DNA from: Octopus vulgaris
Lineage: Eukaryota
Assembly (NCBI GenBank): GCA_951406725.2
Contig: OX597819.1
Coordinates: 109,678,001 to 109,742,000 of the forward strand
Length of the DNA stretch: 64,000 bases
Direction: 5' to 3'
The translations under genes were made by a program, and so were the position numbers. Positions 13,275 through 27,289 of the stretch are shown here, one piece after another; position 1 is the stretch's first letter, and each line of letters begins with the position of its first letter. The notes beneath the pieces are model-generated. The model saw only the letters and a list, made by a program, of their open reading frames with translations. It did no database searches and was not told the DNA's origin.

Positions 13275-13413
13275 AGCAAAAACTGTCCAACGTGAAACTC
13301 AGAGTAACAGATTTTGTTGAATTTTCTGCTGCTTTTAAATAAAGCATATTACTCTACCCCTGGTATTTGAGTACTCTTTTTTCCACCTTGTTTAACATTT
13401 ATGTGTTTACTCT

Positions 13414-13416
<3 letters not shown>
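13275..13416 (+). mobile_element. TA-flanked Penelope-pLTR-like fragment with a partial hammerhead (core deleted)
   Basis: ctgt...GAAA-ctcagag-TA-acag retains stems I and III, and is followed by aataaa and (TA)n. Confidence 0.4.
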
Positions 13417-13477
<61 letters not shown>

Positions 13478-13803
13478 TAAACAGCAATAAAAGACTGAAT
13501 ACGTTATCACAGTATCATCAGAAGTCAACATCATTGGCCATGCACGCCCGCGCGTGCACATGCGCACATGCACACAGAGGCCCACATTCACTCATTAATA
13601 GATGCAACTGTTGTACAAAGGAAAAAGAATTTCCCCAGTCAGAAGTTTCATGGAAATATGAAAGGATATTTGATGCTTCATTTTCTTTCAATAATGCTCT
13701 TGAATTCTGATGACAGTCAGATCACACAGTGGAACAGTGAGTTAAATGTAATGCCGATACCGCAATTTACATATCTATCTATCTACTCACATCACACACA
13801 GAG

Positions 13804-13852
<49 letters not shown>

Positions 13853-13874
13853 CATACATATATATATATATACA

Positions 13875-13927
<53 letters not shown>

Positions 13928-14003
13928 CAATATCTATATATATACATATTATTCACATATCTATATATTTACATATCTATCTATATCTATCTATCTATAT
14001 ACA

Positions 14004-14086
<83 letters not shown>

Positions 14087-14166
14087 ATAATTAAGAAGTA
14101 ATCAGTAATTTCATCAAGTTGGTGAAATTACTGATTACTTCTTTATTGATTAATTTCACCCTTTGT

Positions 14167-14212
<46 letters not shown>

Positions 14213-14717
14213 ATATATATATATATATATACACCCGTTCATCAAATCATCCATCCATGCCTGCAAGCATGTATACATTTATAGATACATGCTTGCATAC
14301 ACACATGTATGCATGCATACATACATACATACATACATACATACATACATACATACATACATACATACATACATACATACATACATACATTCATGTATAC
14401 ATACATATGTAGCTGATCTGACATTCATTAGTTCACTGGTGAAGACAGTGAGTTTGTAAAGGAAGGAATTCTTTGCGTCTAAGGTTCTATAAATAAAGTG
14501 GTTATACAAATGGAGCCAATTTCTGATAGAACTCGCTCGTACATGTAACTTATATACTTTGGTTTTGTTACTGACAAAATGCTGGAAGCAATAAATGGAA
14601 TAATGAATTTGTCGAAAGGCAGTTTACAAGTGAAAATGATGCAGTTATGGGATGTACAAGAATCTTTAAGATATAAAATTAAACATCTTTACACTGGTCC
14701 ACCGAACGGCTAGTGAT

Positions 14718-15134
14718 CAGGGCCGGATTAAGACCCATAGATGCCTTAAGCTCTTAAAAAAATTTTGGTGCTCATATTTTTGTAATTCAAAATATAAACA
14801 ATAAATAACCATTCAATAAATTTTTCTATTTGAAAATGAAACAAAACCAATAGTAAGATGGATGAAAATGTATATTTTTGTATACTTCCACTTTATTTAT
14901 ATTTGAAACGTTTTCTCCGACTTGTGTAATTGCAAAGCTATTGATCAGATTCTCAGTATGACACCACGAACACTTCGATATCATATTGCCGATTATATAA
15001 ACCACTGCAAATATAATTATAGCAAGTTTAAGGTGATTTCTTTTGTACCGTAAACTATTTACCATTTCTGTGGTGTCCTCTTCCCTTGATGCCATAAGCG
15101 CGTGCTTATTTTGCTAATGGTTAATCCAATGCTA
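14718..15134. mobile_element. hAT-like non-autonomous element (copy 1)
   Basis: Ends cagggccggattaa / ttaatccaatgcta. Homologous to 48273-49089. Minus-strand HTENLINSFAITQV weakly recalls a hAT C-terminus. Confidence 0.7.
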
Positions 15135-15259
15135 CCAGTAAGGATTGAAAAAGAGGCAAGTTGTCATATTTTATAAAACTGAATTCTTCCAACACCTTGG
15201 TAAAGAGAACAGAAGTATATGACTGTAAATTTTATGCTAGTCTTATGAATAGTAAAGAG

Positions 15260-15660
15260 CGGAAGGTGGTAAACTGACAGAATCGTCAGAGTATCGGACA
15301 AAATGCCTTGTGATATTTTTTCACATTCTTCATGCTATGAGTTGAATTCCTGCTGAGGTTAAATTTGCCTTTCTTCGTCATAGGGTCGATAAAATAAAGT
15401 ATTTGTCACACACATGGTTCGTTGGTGTTGACTAACACCCTCACTTCAAAATGGCTGGCATTGTGCCTAAGTCAGAAACATTTAAGAAGAATGGTTAGAT
15501 CAACGGAATGAATGATTTATGTTCTGAGTTCGGATTCTGCTGAACTACTTTGCCTTTCACCCCACCCCAAGGTCGACAAACTAAAATAATCAAGAAATGG
15601 GGTTGATATGGTTGACTAAACACCTCTCTCCAAAATTTTCATTTTGCTAAATTAGAAATC
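15260..15660 (+). mobile_element. Two diverged SINE family A copies
   Basis: ctgacagaatcgtcaga...gagttgaattcc...gggtcgataaaataaagta, and a second ctgagttcgga...tttgcctttcacc...ggtcgac. Confidence 0.65.
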
Positions 15661-15739
15661 ATTAATAAGGAAATTAGTGGGGCAAATTTTACTAATTGTC
15701 AACCACAGCCTCTGATTATATAAAACAACGATATCCTTG

Positions 15740-15960
15740 TGGATGCGTGTGGGTTAGTGGTTAGGCTGTTGCACTCATGATTATAAGATTGTTGTTTCGA
15801 TTCCTGGATCAGGCTATGCGTTATGTCCGTGAGCAAAACATTTTCATTTCATGTTGCTCCAGTCCACTCAGAGACAAAAGTGAGTAATTTGCCATGAACT
15901 GGCGTCCTATCCAGTGGGAAGTATAGACACCACAGAATCCAGGAAACCGGCCACATGAAC
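15740..15960 (+). mobile_element. Diverged tRNA-derived SINE
   Basis: A-box-like tgggttagtggttagg and B-box-like gtttcgattcc, then tgagcaaaaca...ctccagtccactca. Confidence 0.6.
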
Positions 15961-16234
15961 CTAAAGCCTAGGAATGACATCTGACCTTTGTATTTTTCAA
16001 ACAATATACTTGGCCCAGACTACTTGTTGAAATTTCACCTTCCGCAATAAGAATCTACAGTGGAGCAAAAGGATTAAAGTGGCTTCTAAAATGTAGACAT
16101 TTCTGTTGGGATTCAATATTGTACGCTGTACATATTACGAGCTATTTTCGCAACTAACTCTTTCACTTCACTCAATACCGACAACTTAAAGGGAGGTAAA
16201 TATATACCGCAAAGAAGTTTGAATAATATTTCCA

Positions 16235-16600
16235 AGACACAAGCATAGTTGCGTTGTTAAAAAGCTTGCATTGCAGCTACGTGGTTCTGGTTTAGTCCCG
16301 CTGCGTGTCATCTTGGGCAAGTAATTTCTACTATAGACCCGGGACGACTAATGTCTTGTGAGTGAATTTGGTAGACGGAAGCACATCATATAATATATGT
16401 GTGGTTGTTTGGCCTGCTTCGCCGTGCTTGACAAGCAGGTGTTTGTTTACATACCCGTAAGTTCGGCAAAGAGACCGATAAGCACCAGACTTTAAAAAAT
16501 AAGCACTGAGGGGGTGGGGTGTTCGATTAAAGCGTTCATTCACGGCGATGCTCCAGAATTGCCGCAGTCCAATGGCTGTAACAAGTAAAAGATAGAAGAT
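16235..16600 (+). mobile_element. Diverged SINE family B copy
   Basis: tcttgggcaagtaatttctactatag...ttgtgagtgaatttggtagacggaa...gttcggcaaagagaccgata...aacaagtaaaagata. Confidence 0.75.
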
Positions 16601-16699
16601 AGAAATACAGTTACATGATTAAACAGCTTGCGAGAGGATCGAGTCGAATGATCCCCTCCCCCTGTACGTAATTAGTATTTATGATATCGACTCCAGAAT

Positions 16700-16912
16700 A
16701 ATACTTTCCACTATAGGCACAAGGCCAGCAATTTCGTGGGAGGCGACAAGTTGATTGCACCGACCCCAATGCTTGCTAGGTGATTATTTTATTGACCACC
16801 GAAAAGATGAAGGGCAAAAGTCGACCTCGTTGAAATTTGAACTCAGAATGTAAAGACGAACGAAATGCCGCTAAATATTTTGTCCGGCGTGCTAACGACT
16901 TCGCTGGCTTGC
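16700..16912 (-). mobile_element. SINE family A copy (tail2 type)
   Basis: ctataggcacaaggcc ... agtcgacctcgttgaaatttgaactcagaa ... gtgctaacgac. Confidence 0.8.
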
Positions 16913-17140
16913 GAACTCCAGAATAATGAAAGTGAACTCCGATATTGATTGGTGTAGGGATACTAATAGTGAGGGAGGGTGGCAACCGATTTTATCGACC
17001 TCAGATGAATAATAATAATGAAAAAAAAAAACACAAAAAAAACAAAAAACAATGTAGCTATCGACAGCTTATGAACTGAAAATATACTGCAAAACGCTGT
17101 ACCTGGCTCTTTGCTGAATATCCCAATGCAATACCCTTGC

Positions 17141-17208
<68 letters not shown>

Positions 17209-18127
17209 TATGGCTGACGATATGTGCATCTCTGATCACGAGCAGAAGAAGTGGGGGAGCATCATAGCCATGTGTTGAGAGGGATTCTTTGGGGTTTGAA
17301 TATGCCCTGATGCAGTACCAGGCAGTGGCTCTCATGGCTTCTGATCTTAACTGATTGGAAGTGTTATCATGTACATTGTTTTGTCTTGGTATAAAAGATG
17401 GATTACAGCAGACATTCTGCTCAATACCACAGATTTGCTTGTCAGTTGTTTGACTTTAACCAGTTGAGCATGTCCCTTAGTGGCTGACGATATGTGCATC
17501 TCTGATCACGAGCAGAAGAAGTGGGGGAGCATCATAGCCATGTGTTGAGAGGGATTCTTTGGGGTTTGAATATGCCCTGATGCAGTACCAGGCAGTGGCT
17601 CTCATGGCTTCTGATCTTAACTGATTGGAAGTGTTATCATGTACATTGTTTTGTCTTGGTATAAAAGATGGATTACAGCAGACATTCTGCTCAATACCAC
17701 AGATTTGCTTGTCAGTTGTTTGACTTTAACCAGTTGAGCATGTCCCTTAGTGGCTGACGATATGTGCATCTCTGATCACGAGCAGAAGAAGTGGGGGAGC
17801 ATCATAGCCATGTGTTGAGAGGGATTCTTTGGGGTTTGAATAATTCACCTTTGGAAACATGGGTGGTTCTTTCAACATCCTTAAACAACCCTTAATCAGT
17901 GACCTTTTGAGCAGGATGGGCTACTCAACCTGAAGAAAATTCTAACTGGGCCCCACCTGCAAGGTTATGTGCTGTTTATCTTGATATGAGATCACCATGT
18001 CGCGCACATATGGTTGTGATGCATGTGCCTGGTGTACCCTTATCAGACGGGTAGTCATGATGGGTATATTGGGCTTCGTATATTTTACCCCAGTGTCACT
18101 TTGATGGCATGAACTGCTCTCTCACTC
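17209..18127 (+). mobile_element. Repeat family D with exact 270-bp tandem duplication
   Basis: tggctgacgatatgtgcatc occurs at 17211, 17481 and 17751. The element continues to the family 3' end ctctctcactc(aat)n. Confidence 0.92.
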
Positions 18128-18129
18128 AA

Positions 18130-18865
18130 TAATAATAATCCTTCCTAGTGTAAGAACAAGGCCTGAAATTTGAGGGGAAGGGCAAGTTGATTACATCGAC
18201 CCCAGTGCGTAACTGGTATTTATTTCATCGACTCCGAAAGGATGAAAGGCTAAGTCAACCTCGGCGACTCGCAATAATAATAATAATAATAATCCTTACT
18301 ATTATAGGTACAAAGCCTGAAATTTAGGGGGAAGGAACTAGTCGATTACATCGACTCTAGTGCTTGACTGGCGCTTATTTTATTGACCCCGAAAGGTAAA
18401 GTCGACCTTGGGGAATTTGAACGCACAACGTAGCGACGGGCGAAATACCTATTTCTTTACTACCCAGAAGGAGTTAAACACAGAGGGAACGAACAAGGAC
18501 AGACAAATGGATTAAGTTGATTACATCGACCCCAGTGTGTAACTGGTACTTATTTAATCGAGCCCGAAAGGATGAAAGGCAAAGTCGAACTCGGCGGAAT
18601 TTGAACTCAGAACGAAAAGACAGACGAAATACTTGTTTCTTTACTACCCACAAGGGGCTAAACATAGAGGGACAAACAAGGACAGACAAACGGATTAAAT
18701 CGATTAAATCGACCCCAGTGCGTAACTGGTACTTATTTAATCGACTCCGAAAGGATGAAAGGAAAAGTCGACCTCGGCAGAATTTGAACTCAGAACGTAA
18801 CGGCAGCCGAAATACCGCTAAGCATTTCGCCCAGCGTGCTAACGTTTCTGTCAGCTCATCGCTTT
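18130..18865 (-). mobile_element. SINE family A array (head, tail1, tail1, tail2, extra tail2 fragment)
   Basis: Four family A bodies in the same orientation; head at about 18865. Confidence 0.9.
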
Positions 18866-19272
18866 AAAACCCACAAATATATTAGTAGCATACTGATGCA
18901 GATAGATCACAGAAAGACATACAGAAATTGTTATTTTGATCTAACACTGCTTCCGTTGCACATAAAGGATGTTTGATGCACCCGGGGGGCTAACCGCAAC
19001 ATCAGTGATTTCTCACTCAGTTTTTAACTATATTAGTAGGATGGATTTTGTCTTTGGATGCGGTTAGCATCCAAACTGACAAAGCTCAAGTCAGAAATAG
19101 GCATGTAGTATTCTCATCACCTCTGCTGCGGGAGTCTTGTCTGCCACTGATATATTTGTATTTTTAAACACAGCACGTCCATAAGTAATATCTCCAGACG
19201 AATAACACTGTTAATTTGCCCTTTCATGATGTATTAAGTATGATTCACAAATAGCTATATATATACATACAT

Positions 19273-19332
<60 letters not shown>

Positions 19333-19738
19333 CATACATACATACATACATACATACATACATACATACATACATACACACCTGTATATATATATATATT
19401 TACATACATACACGCACAAACATAAACACAAACATATATACTTACATACATACATGTATCTGTGCAAATATATGTAGTTTACTGCATTGCTGCAGTTAAA
19501 TAGATTGGTAAAACAACAAAATCTTTGAAGAATGCAAACGGGAAGGATTTTGTTATAAAATATTACAGCTTTCTGTTTTTATGTTTGTTTTGCTTTAGTT
19601 TTCATCCATGTAGATCATATACACACACACATACATATATACTTATTCATGTGTGCATATATATATATATGTGTATCTATGTATACATGAGTATGTACGT
19701 ATATATACATGTGTGTGTATATGTATATGAAAATATAC

Positions 19739-19796
<58 letters not shown>

Positions 19797-19872
19797 ACAC
19801 ACATATATACATATGTATACATATATATATACATAAATACATACACACATATATATATATATGAAAATATAC

Positions 19873-19918
<46 letters not shown>

Positions 19919-19981
19919 AAAACGAACGCTAAATGATGATGATGATGATGATGATATATATATATGTATATGTATACATAC

Positions 19982-20019
<38 letters not shown>

Positions 20020-20173
20020 GTATGCATGTGTGTGTATAATTGTTTTTATTATTCTTTTATGGCCACACACACATCCATATGCACGTGTAACAAACATGTA
20101 TACATAATACATTGTATACAATTGATATGATATATATATATATATACATATATACATTAACACACACACGCAT

Positions 20174-20225
<52 letters not shown>

Positions 20226-20226
20226 T

Positions 20227-20258
<32 letters not shown>

Positions 20259-20462
20259 TACACATATGTAGATGTATATATGAATATCTCTGTGTAAACA
20301 TATATGTGTTTGTGTGTTAGTGTTTATATGTGTCTGTGCGCATGAGTGAGTTTGCGTATTTGTAAGTTTTGTGTTTATAAAATAATAGATAATTTATAAA
20401 TAAATTATCTCGACGTTTCTTTTATGGAACATTTCAAAGGGAATATTTTTCACACGACCGCG

Positions 20463-20550
<88 letters not shown>

Positions 20551-21350
20551 AGGCGCGCGCGCATATATTGTGGCACGTATTAATTAAATTACTAATACAA
20601 CCTTTGCGGGTGTGAATGCTTGCATGTGCGTATTGCTGTGTCTGTGTGTGTCTGTGCACGTGCTTGTGTATATGTGTGTATGTGCTTGTGTGAGTGTGCG
20701 TGTATCTGTGCACGTGTGTGTGTATGTGCTGTTGTGTATGTATGTGCTTGTGTATGCGAGCATTTCTGTGTGTGTGTATGTGTGCACGTGTATCTGTAAA
20801 CTGTAAATAAGTTTACACAATTACGTTTAATAATCATAAATCTAGTATGCCTGTGTGTATCCAGATTCTGTGGTTTAGGCACAAATCTCTGTCTTTGCAG
20901 TAGAAACTGAAGAACAGCTCCACTAGTTTCGCCTACTTATTGCTAGCTTATTAGAATTATCAAGACTACGTTCATTCTATATATAAACAATGAAAACAAG
21001 TGGTTACATAATGTGGTGTGTAAAATTGAACGCCTGTAAATTCATTTACAGTTTTTCCAAAAACATACACGGTCTCCGTAATTTAGTAAATACACACGCA
21101 CAGATAAGCCGCGAACAAACAACGGTGGCTCATTTTGTATGTGTGCATGTGTGTATACATGTGTGTGTGCGTATGTGTGTGTGTATGGTTTAATAAACCG
21201 TTAAAGTCAAAATATGATGACCCAGTCAATCTAATATTATCAATGTATTGAGCTCTACAGGGCGGCTTGCTGGCAGAATCGTTAGCACGCTGGGCGAAAC
21301 GCTTAGCGGTATTTCGCAGTCAAAATAATCAACTCACTGAAAGAAGTAGA

Positions 21351-21412
<62 letters not shown>

Positions 21413-21427
21413 ACACTGGTTACCAAT

Positions 21428-21643
21428 ATTTTACTTGTTTCAGTTGTTTAATTGCGGCAATGCTGGAGCATAGCCTTGAAGAATTTTTTGTCGAATAAAT
21501 CGACCCCATTACTTATTTCCACCCCACCCTTAAGCCTGATAATTATTCTATTGGTGTCTTTTGCCGAACCGCTAAGTTACTGGGATATACGCACGCCAAC
21601 ACCAGTTGTCAAACAGCGGTGTGGGACAAACACAGACGCAAAG

Positions 21644-21701
<58 letters not shown>

Positions 21702-21748
21702 GACGGGCTTCTTTCAGTTTTCGTCTACCGTATCCATTCACAAGGCTT
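21428..21748 (-). mobile_element. SINE family B, 5'-truncated
   Basis: ttttacttgtttcag...tttgccgaaccgctaagttac...atacgacgggcttctttcagttt. Confidence 0.8.
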
Positions 21749-21799
21749 AGATCACCCCACGCTTAATTATTAATTATTAGCTATATAAAATTAATTATT

Positions 21800-22400
21800 A
21801 GTGACGGAATCAGCATTAATACGAAAAGGCGATCTTTATATCCAACTTAACATGGATTTCATGCTAGAAAACCGAAAACTGTGTTATTAGCCTTGGGAGA
21901 TCCTTTTATATCGGCGGTTGGTGCATAAAAGTACACACATAAATCTTAGCAGACGAGAATCGTCTGTCATTGGCAACAGAATTCCCATATCCCGTGATTT
22001 CATTCTGCTGGAACTCATCAGTAGGAAGCATCCAGTCCCCTCATGCCACTTTTCCTGAAAAGATGTTGATATTCTAAGCATCGTAGCAGCGAGATTTGAC
22101 AGGCAGGTAATGACCGGAAGGCTTCCCATTGATGATTTCCTGTACGGTGAAATCACATGACATTGGAATTCCGGCGTCCATCACAAAATGGTCACCGACT
22201 AAACCGGCTCCCTTGTTTGTGTAGTTTGCTACTCTTGTGAAAAGGGTGTCTAACAGAACTATAAACAAGACCTATCGAAGGGCGGATGATCTCCTTGTGG
22301 GCCAACGGCCATTCAGTTGAGGAAGGCAATGATAAACCATCTCAGTATATCTGCCAAGAAAACACTATGAGAAAGTCAGAACGAAGTAACGCTATAAGTT
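21800..22400 (+). mobile_element. Highly decayed RTE-clade LINE 3' region
   Basis: NRIPISRDFILLELISRKHPV...KDV resembles RTE RIPKxxLYGELxxGKRP...KD. gaggaaggcaatgataaaccatctcagtatatctgccaagaaaac resembles the RTE/BovB-associated motif. Confidence 0.45.
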
Positions 22401-23174
22401 CGTCCGATGAGTGAACTCTTTATAGGGGAGACTTTCGTTGTGGTGCCATCAATGCTCCGCTAAGCGTACGATAGATGACGATAACGAAATATCTTATAAG
22501 GTAGTGAATGAGCAAGACTCGAGAGGGGATTTTTTGTGAAAACCTAATGGTTGCGCATGCTTGCAGTCCGCTATGTTCACGGACACTAATGATGTCCGAT
22601 ACAGTGTACCACACGCGTCGTCGCAGGCTTTTGTCTTCAGAGCGCAAATTGCCACAGCAGATACTGAAATATATCCTCTCAAACAATTCCTCGAATCTAC
22701 TGCCCTGCATCGATATTCTATTTATCGATCATTGCCATCCCATAAGAATCAAAAGCAAAGCTACTCCCGGAGGGATTTGATCTTTGAACGCAAGTCGTAA
22801 AACGTCGGAACAATTACAGACGTTCTAACGACTTTGCCAGTTCATCGCATTGCAAACGAAATCACTGCTCACAGCTTTTTCATAATGTATTCATAGGTTA
22901 TTCTTCCTTCCTTCCTTCCTTCCTTCCTTCCTTCCTTCCTTCCTTCCTTCCTTCTTTCCTTCCTTCCTTCCTTCTCCCCCTTTCACCTTTACTGTGTACA
23001 ACAAACGAAGCCGACAATCCCTATAAGCCGACAATAAGCCGGTATAGCTGATTGACTGATTGACCGAACGATTAAGCAAAAGATCGATGAGCTAATTACC
23101 TAAATGCAAACGGTCTAATAACAATAATGAAAGTGAAATAGAAGCAGTGCGTGTGTTTATTATTGCGATAATGA

Positions 23175-23370
23175 AGGTAGCGAGCTGTCAGAACTGTTAC
23201 CACACAGGACAAAATGCTTAGCGCCATTTTGTCCATCATTACGTTCTGATGTCAAATTAGAACGTCTTTTATCCTTTCCGGGTCGATAAAATAAGTACCA
23301 GTTGAATGCTGGGGTCGATGTAATCGATTTAACCTCTCCCCTGAAATTGTTGGCCTTGTGCTAAAATTTT
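23175..23370 (+). mobile_element. Diverged SINE family A copy
   Basis: aaggtagcgagctgtcagaa...atcctttccgggtcgataaaataagtaccag...ggccttgtgct. Confidence 0.8.
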
Positions 23371-24035
23371 AAATCAATGTAGTTTGATATATATCTGAAA
23401 ACATATATCCACGCATACAAACATTGGTGTATGTGTGTGTGTGTGTGTGTGTGTATGTGAGCGTGTATAAATGTTTGTGTGTTCGTGTCTGTATGTATGT
23501 TTATGCGGATCTGTGTGTATGTTTCTATGTGTATCTGTGCGTGTGTGTGTGTCTGAGTCTGTGAGTGTGTGTGCGTGTGTGTGTGTGCATATGTATATCT
23601 GTGCGTGTGAATGTGTGTTGTGTATGTGTGTTTATGTATATGTGTATATATCTGTGTGTGTGTTTGTGTGTGTGTGTGTGTGACAGTAAGTGTATGTTTA
23701 CGTGTTTGTTTCTTTGCGTGTGAGTACGAGCGTGCGCACGCGTATTTGTGTGAATGCGTGCATGTGTGCATGTGTGTGTGCGGGTATATGCTGTGTATGC
23801 AGATAAAGATAAACCTCTGATAGTTTTTATGTGTATAAATATATGAATAAATAACCAATTAAATTATGAATCGAAAGCATCAATAAACAATTCTAAACTG
23901 TTTTTACTCTCATCTCTCACTCTCTCTCTCTCTCTCCCTCTCTCCCTCTCTTTCTCACACACACACATCCCATAGAAATATTCATGCAAAATAATGCCCA
24001 CATGCGTACTTATATACACACTACATACATACACG

Positions 24036-24088
<53 letters not shown>

Positions 24089-24616
24089 CGTACATACACA
24101 CATTTCTTTGGTTGCCCTGTTTGAAAATGCTGTAGGCAAAACGATTAATGAAGCTGTTCAAAAAGTCTCTTTTTGTTTTCTTTTTGCTACAGAAATGCTG
24201 ATTTAGAAAGGAATCGTGATCCTTCATTTAACCAATGTCATTGTTTTCTGGCACCATCTTGACTAGCGCTGCAAGTCGAATTAGATAAACAACCACCATA
24301 TTTATTTCAATAGGAATCTGTAAGATGTGTGACTACTTTTTATTTTGTTTTGTTTAGCTATGTATTTCTTTAATTCAATGTGAAACACAAATATCATCTG
24401 TTGAACATGTCTAGCTACCCACTCCCCAAATAGTGTTTTTTTTTCTTTCGTAGATGTGAAAGACGGTTCCTCAGCATAGAATATGTGCAGTTTGTATTGC
24501 ATCTGAATTTATTTTCAATTTGTTGTGGTTATCATTGTTGTTATTTTTTAATCTTTGATCAGCCCTGAATAGCGATGCTTCCGCGATCTTGACAATCTCG
24601 TACTTTTCCAATACAT

Positions 24617-24709
<93 letters not shown>

Positions 24710-25042
24710 ACACACACGTATACTTACATATATATATGTGTATATGTGTGTGAATATATATGTATATAGGTTATGAGAGGTAATGGTGTCAGTAAGACCC
24801 AAAGGTGTCAGGTAATGGTGAGTAAGTGCTATGGGTAGAACATAGTTAAGCTCCAGGTTCGGTGATTATGCAAATAAGGAGTCCAACGTAGGTCATATAT
24901 CAGCATGTGTATATATAAAAATTTATATATACATACACACACACATATACACATATATATATCTTAGACAAAATGAGATAACTATGCCAAGGCTGTGAGG
25001 AGTTTTCAGGACATTCATAACCCAAAAGATATAGATATAGTT

Positions 25043-25090
25043 TTACCGCTGTTTCTGGGACATTATGGATATCTCTTCATCAGAGGCGAT
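25043..25090 (-). ncRNA. Degenerate minimal type I hammerhead ribozyme in a Penelope-like fragment
   Basis: Minus strand cct-CTGATGA-agagatatccataatgtccca-GAAA-cagcg-GTA. Core is canonical; stems I and II are partly mismatched. Confidence 0.55.
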
Positions 25091-25204
25091 GTGCGATGTT
25101 TAGGTAGAGGTAAATATTTGAGTTCGAAATAAGGAATTATTATGGACAAGGAGGAGATAGGGAATATAGAGGGAAATAAGAGAATTAAAGGGAATATATA
25201 TATA

Positions 25205-25595
25205 CTAGCAGTATCGCCCGGCGTTGCTCGGGTTTGTAAGGGAAATAACTATGTAAGCATTTTTAGAGATGTAAAGTATAATAGCCATCTCAATATGTTA
25301 ACCACAAAGGGGTGGGGTGTTACTGTAGCTTTTTACGTTCTGAGATTTAATAATAAACTTTTAGAAAGTTACTTATATATGCCAAAAATGCATTAAAAAT
25401 GGGAAAAATTTATGGTAAATTTTTTTAAAATCGTAAACTCATCGCAGACGTGCGCTAATACCCAGAAGGGCTCGATATGAATCACGACTATAAGATACCC
25501 GAATTTGGTTAAACTGCTCCCCAAAATGTGGGAGTAGTTAGGAATCTAAATCGTAGGAGACAGACAACACACAACTTTACTTTTATATATAAAGA
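25205..25595 (-). mobile_element. Non-autonomous Helitron (copy 1)
   Basis: Minus-strand 5' TC(tttatatata), 3' hairpin cccgagcaacgccggg then CTAG, inserted at A|T. Ends homologous to 44712-45226. Confidence 0.9.
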
Positions 25596-25611
25596 TTTAC
25601 ACACACACATA

Positions 25612-25682
<71 letters not shown>

Positions 25683-26960
25683 TGGGGAGGGTGGGAGACA
25701 AAATATTAGGCATTGTACATTGCCACCTTTGACTTCTTCATATTCTGGTGATTAGAATACTAAATTTGTATTGTTTTTCTCATTTATGCTTTTCCTCCAT
25801 TTTTAAGACGGTATTATGGGATTTGAGGGTAATTCGAGGTAAATTTGGCTGCGACTTTTAACATTGAGCATCTGTACTGAAGTCCTTCCGTTGCTTGCTT
25901 CGGTGTCGATTCTTTTGATCTGTTATTACCTTACGTCACCTTCAATAATGGAATCTTCATTCCATAGAGATGTATAATTTCCATTCTCACAATACATATT
26001 CAGTTATACATATTCAGTTATTCCCAACTTTGCTGTTTCTCTTTTGATCACAGAATTTCTACAGTTTTCTTTTATGGTTTTTAAGAACCGTCATGTCTCT
26101 GCTTTGTAAGATCTTCGACATATGCGTGTTACACATACAATTCAATTCTTTCTTTCGTCCAACTCCCTTTTACAAGTGTTAATCTAATGACAACTCCAGT
26201 GAGAACGTTTCAAAAAGCTTCCATATTTTAATGTTATATTTCCTACAAAACCTTTGTAACTCCTCAGTCATGTCATATAACAAAGACATAGCAAGATTGA
26301 GACGTCAGCTGTTCCAACCATCCAAACCACAACAGCTACACCCTGAGTTCAAATCTCGTGGCGGTCTCGAATCAACAAAAGTCATTAGAACGACGGATAG
26401 GATATTTCAAAGTATTTGTTCCAACACTTGTCAATCTGTGTTCAAATACCACCGAGGTCAACTTTGTTTTTCTTCCTCTCAAAATCAATAAAAACCAGTA
26501 CCAGTGGATTGGTACAAGAGTAAGAATGTCGAATTGGATGCCTTTCAGTATTTGGTCCGGCTCTTTGCACACTGAGTTCAACCCCACCCCCCATGGCACA
26601 TTCGACTTACATTTTGGATTATGAAGTTAATCCATTGCCAGGTTTAACACCTCCACTTAATACATTAGGCAGCTTTAACGGAAGCCCCTCAGTTGTAAGC
26701 ATTCTGGTAAAGTCTTCGCTTTGACGATACCTTCGCCCTCCCCCTTTCTCTCTCTCCCTCGATTCTGGGAAGCCTTGCAAAGGGCCATAAGCAATGCCTT
26801 CACTCCTTATTAAAACATCAAATAAATAATAAAAACAAGATCACAATTGCATTTCATTTCATAATTTTGGAGATCGATAAAATAAAGTAGCAGTTAAGAA
26901 CATAGGTTGGTTTGCAACCCTGTAATGCATTGCGAATGGAATTATAATCGAAGATGAAGT

Positions 26961-27104
26961 AATAAACGGTTCTACAACAGAAAATCGCTTCCCAGCAAGA
27001 ATGAATGGCTTGGGAAAAAGATTTACGATACACTGCAGCAAAGTATTATATAAATATGTAACACACACACAGAAAAACACAATCAATACGAAGCAAGGAA
27101 CTGT

Positions 27105-27163
<59 letters not shown>

Positions 27164-27221
27164 TATGCGCACATGTGTGTGAAAGGAGAATTGTTCCCTA
27201 CAGAATGTCTCTTCAGCTGCT
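26961..27221 (+). repeat. ~260-bp direct repeat, copy 1
   Basis: Near-identical to 33860-34103, including the internal (GT)n. Confidence 0.9.
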
Positions 27222-27254
27222 AAACCTGTAAACATAAGTAAAAGTGGATTAGTT

Positions 27255-27289
<35 letters not shown>

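Noticed and set aside
18130-18865. Regularly spaced repeats that could suggest a CRISPR array
   Set aside because: Whole ~180-bp units repeat with no unique spacers, no cas genes, and the context is eukaryotic.
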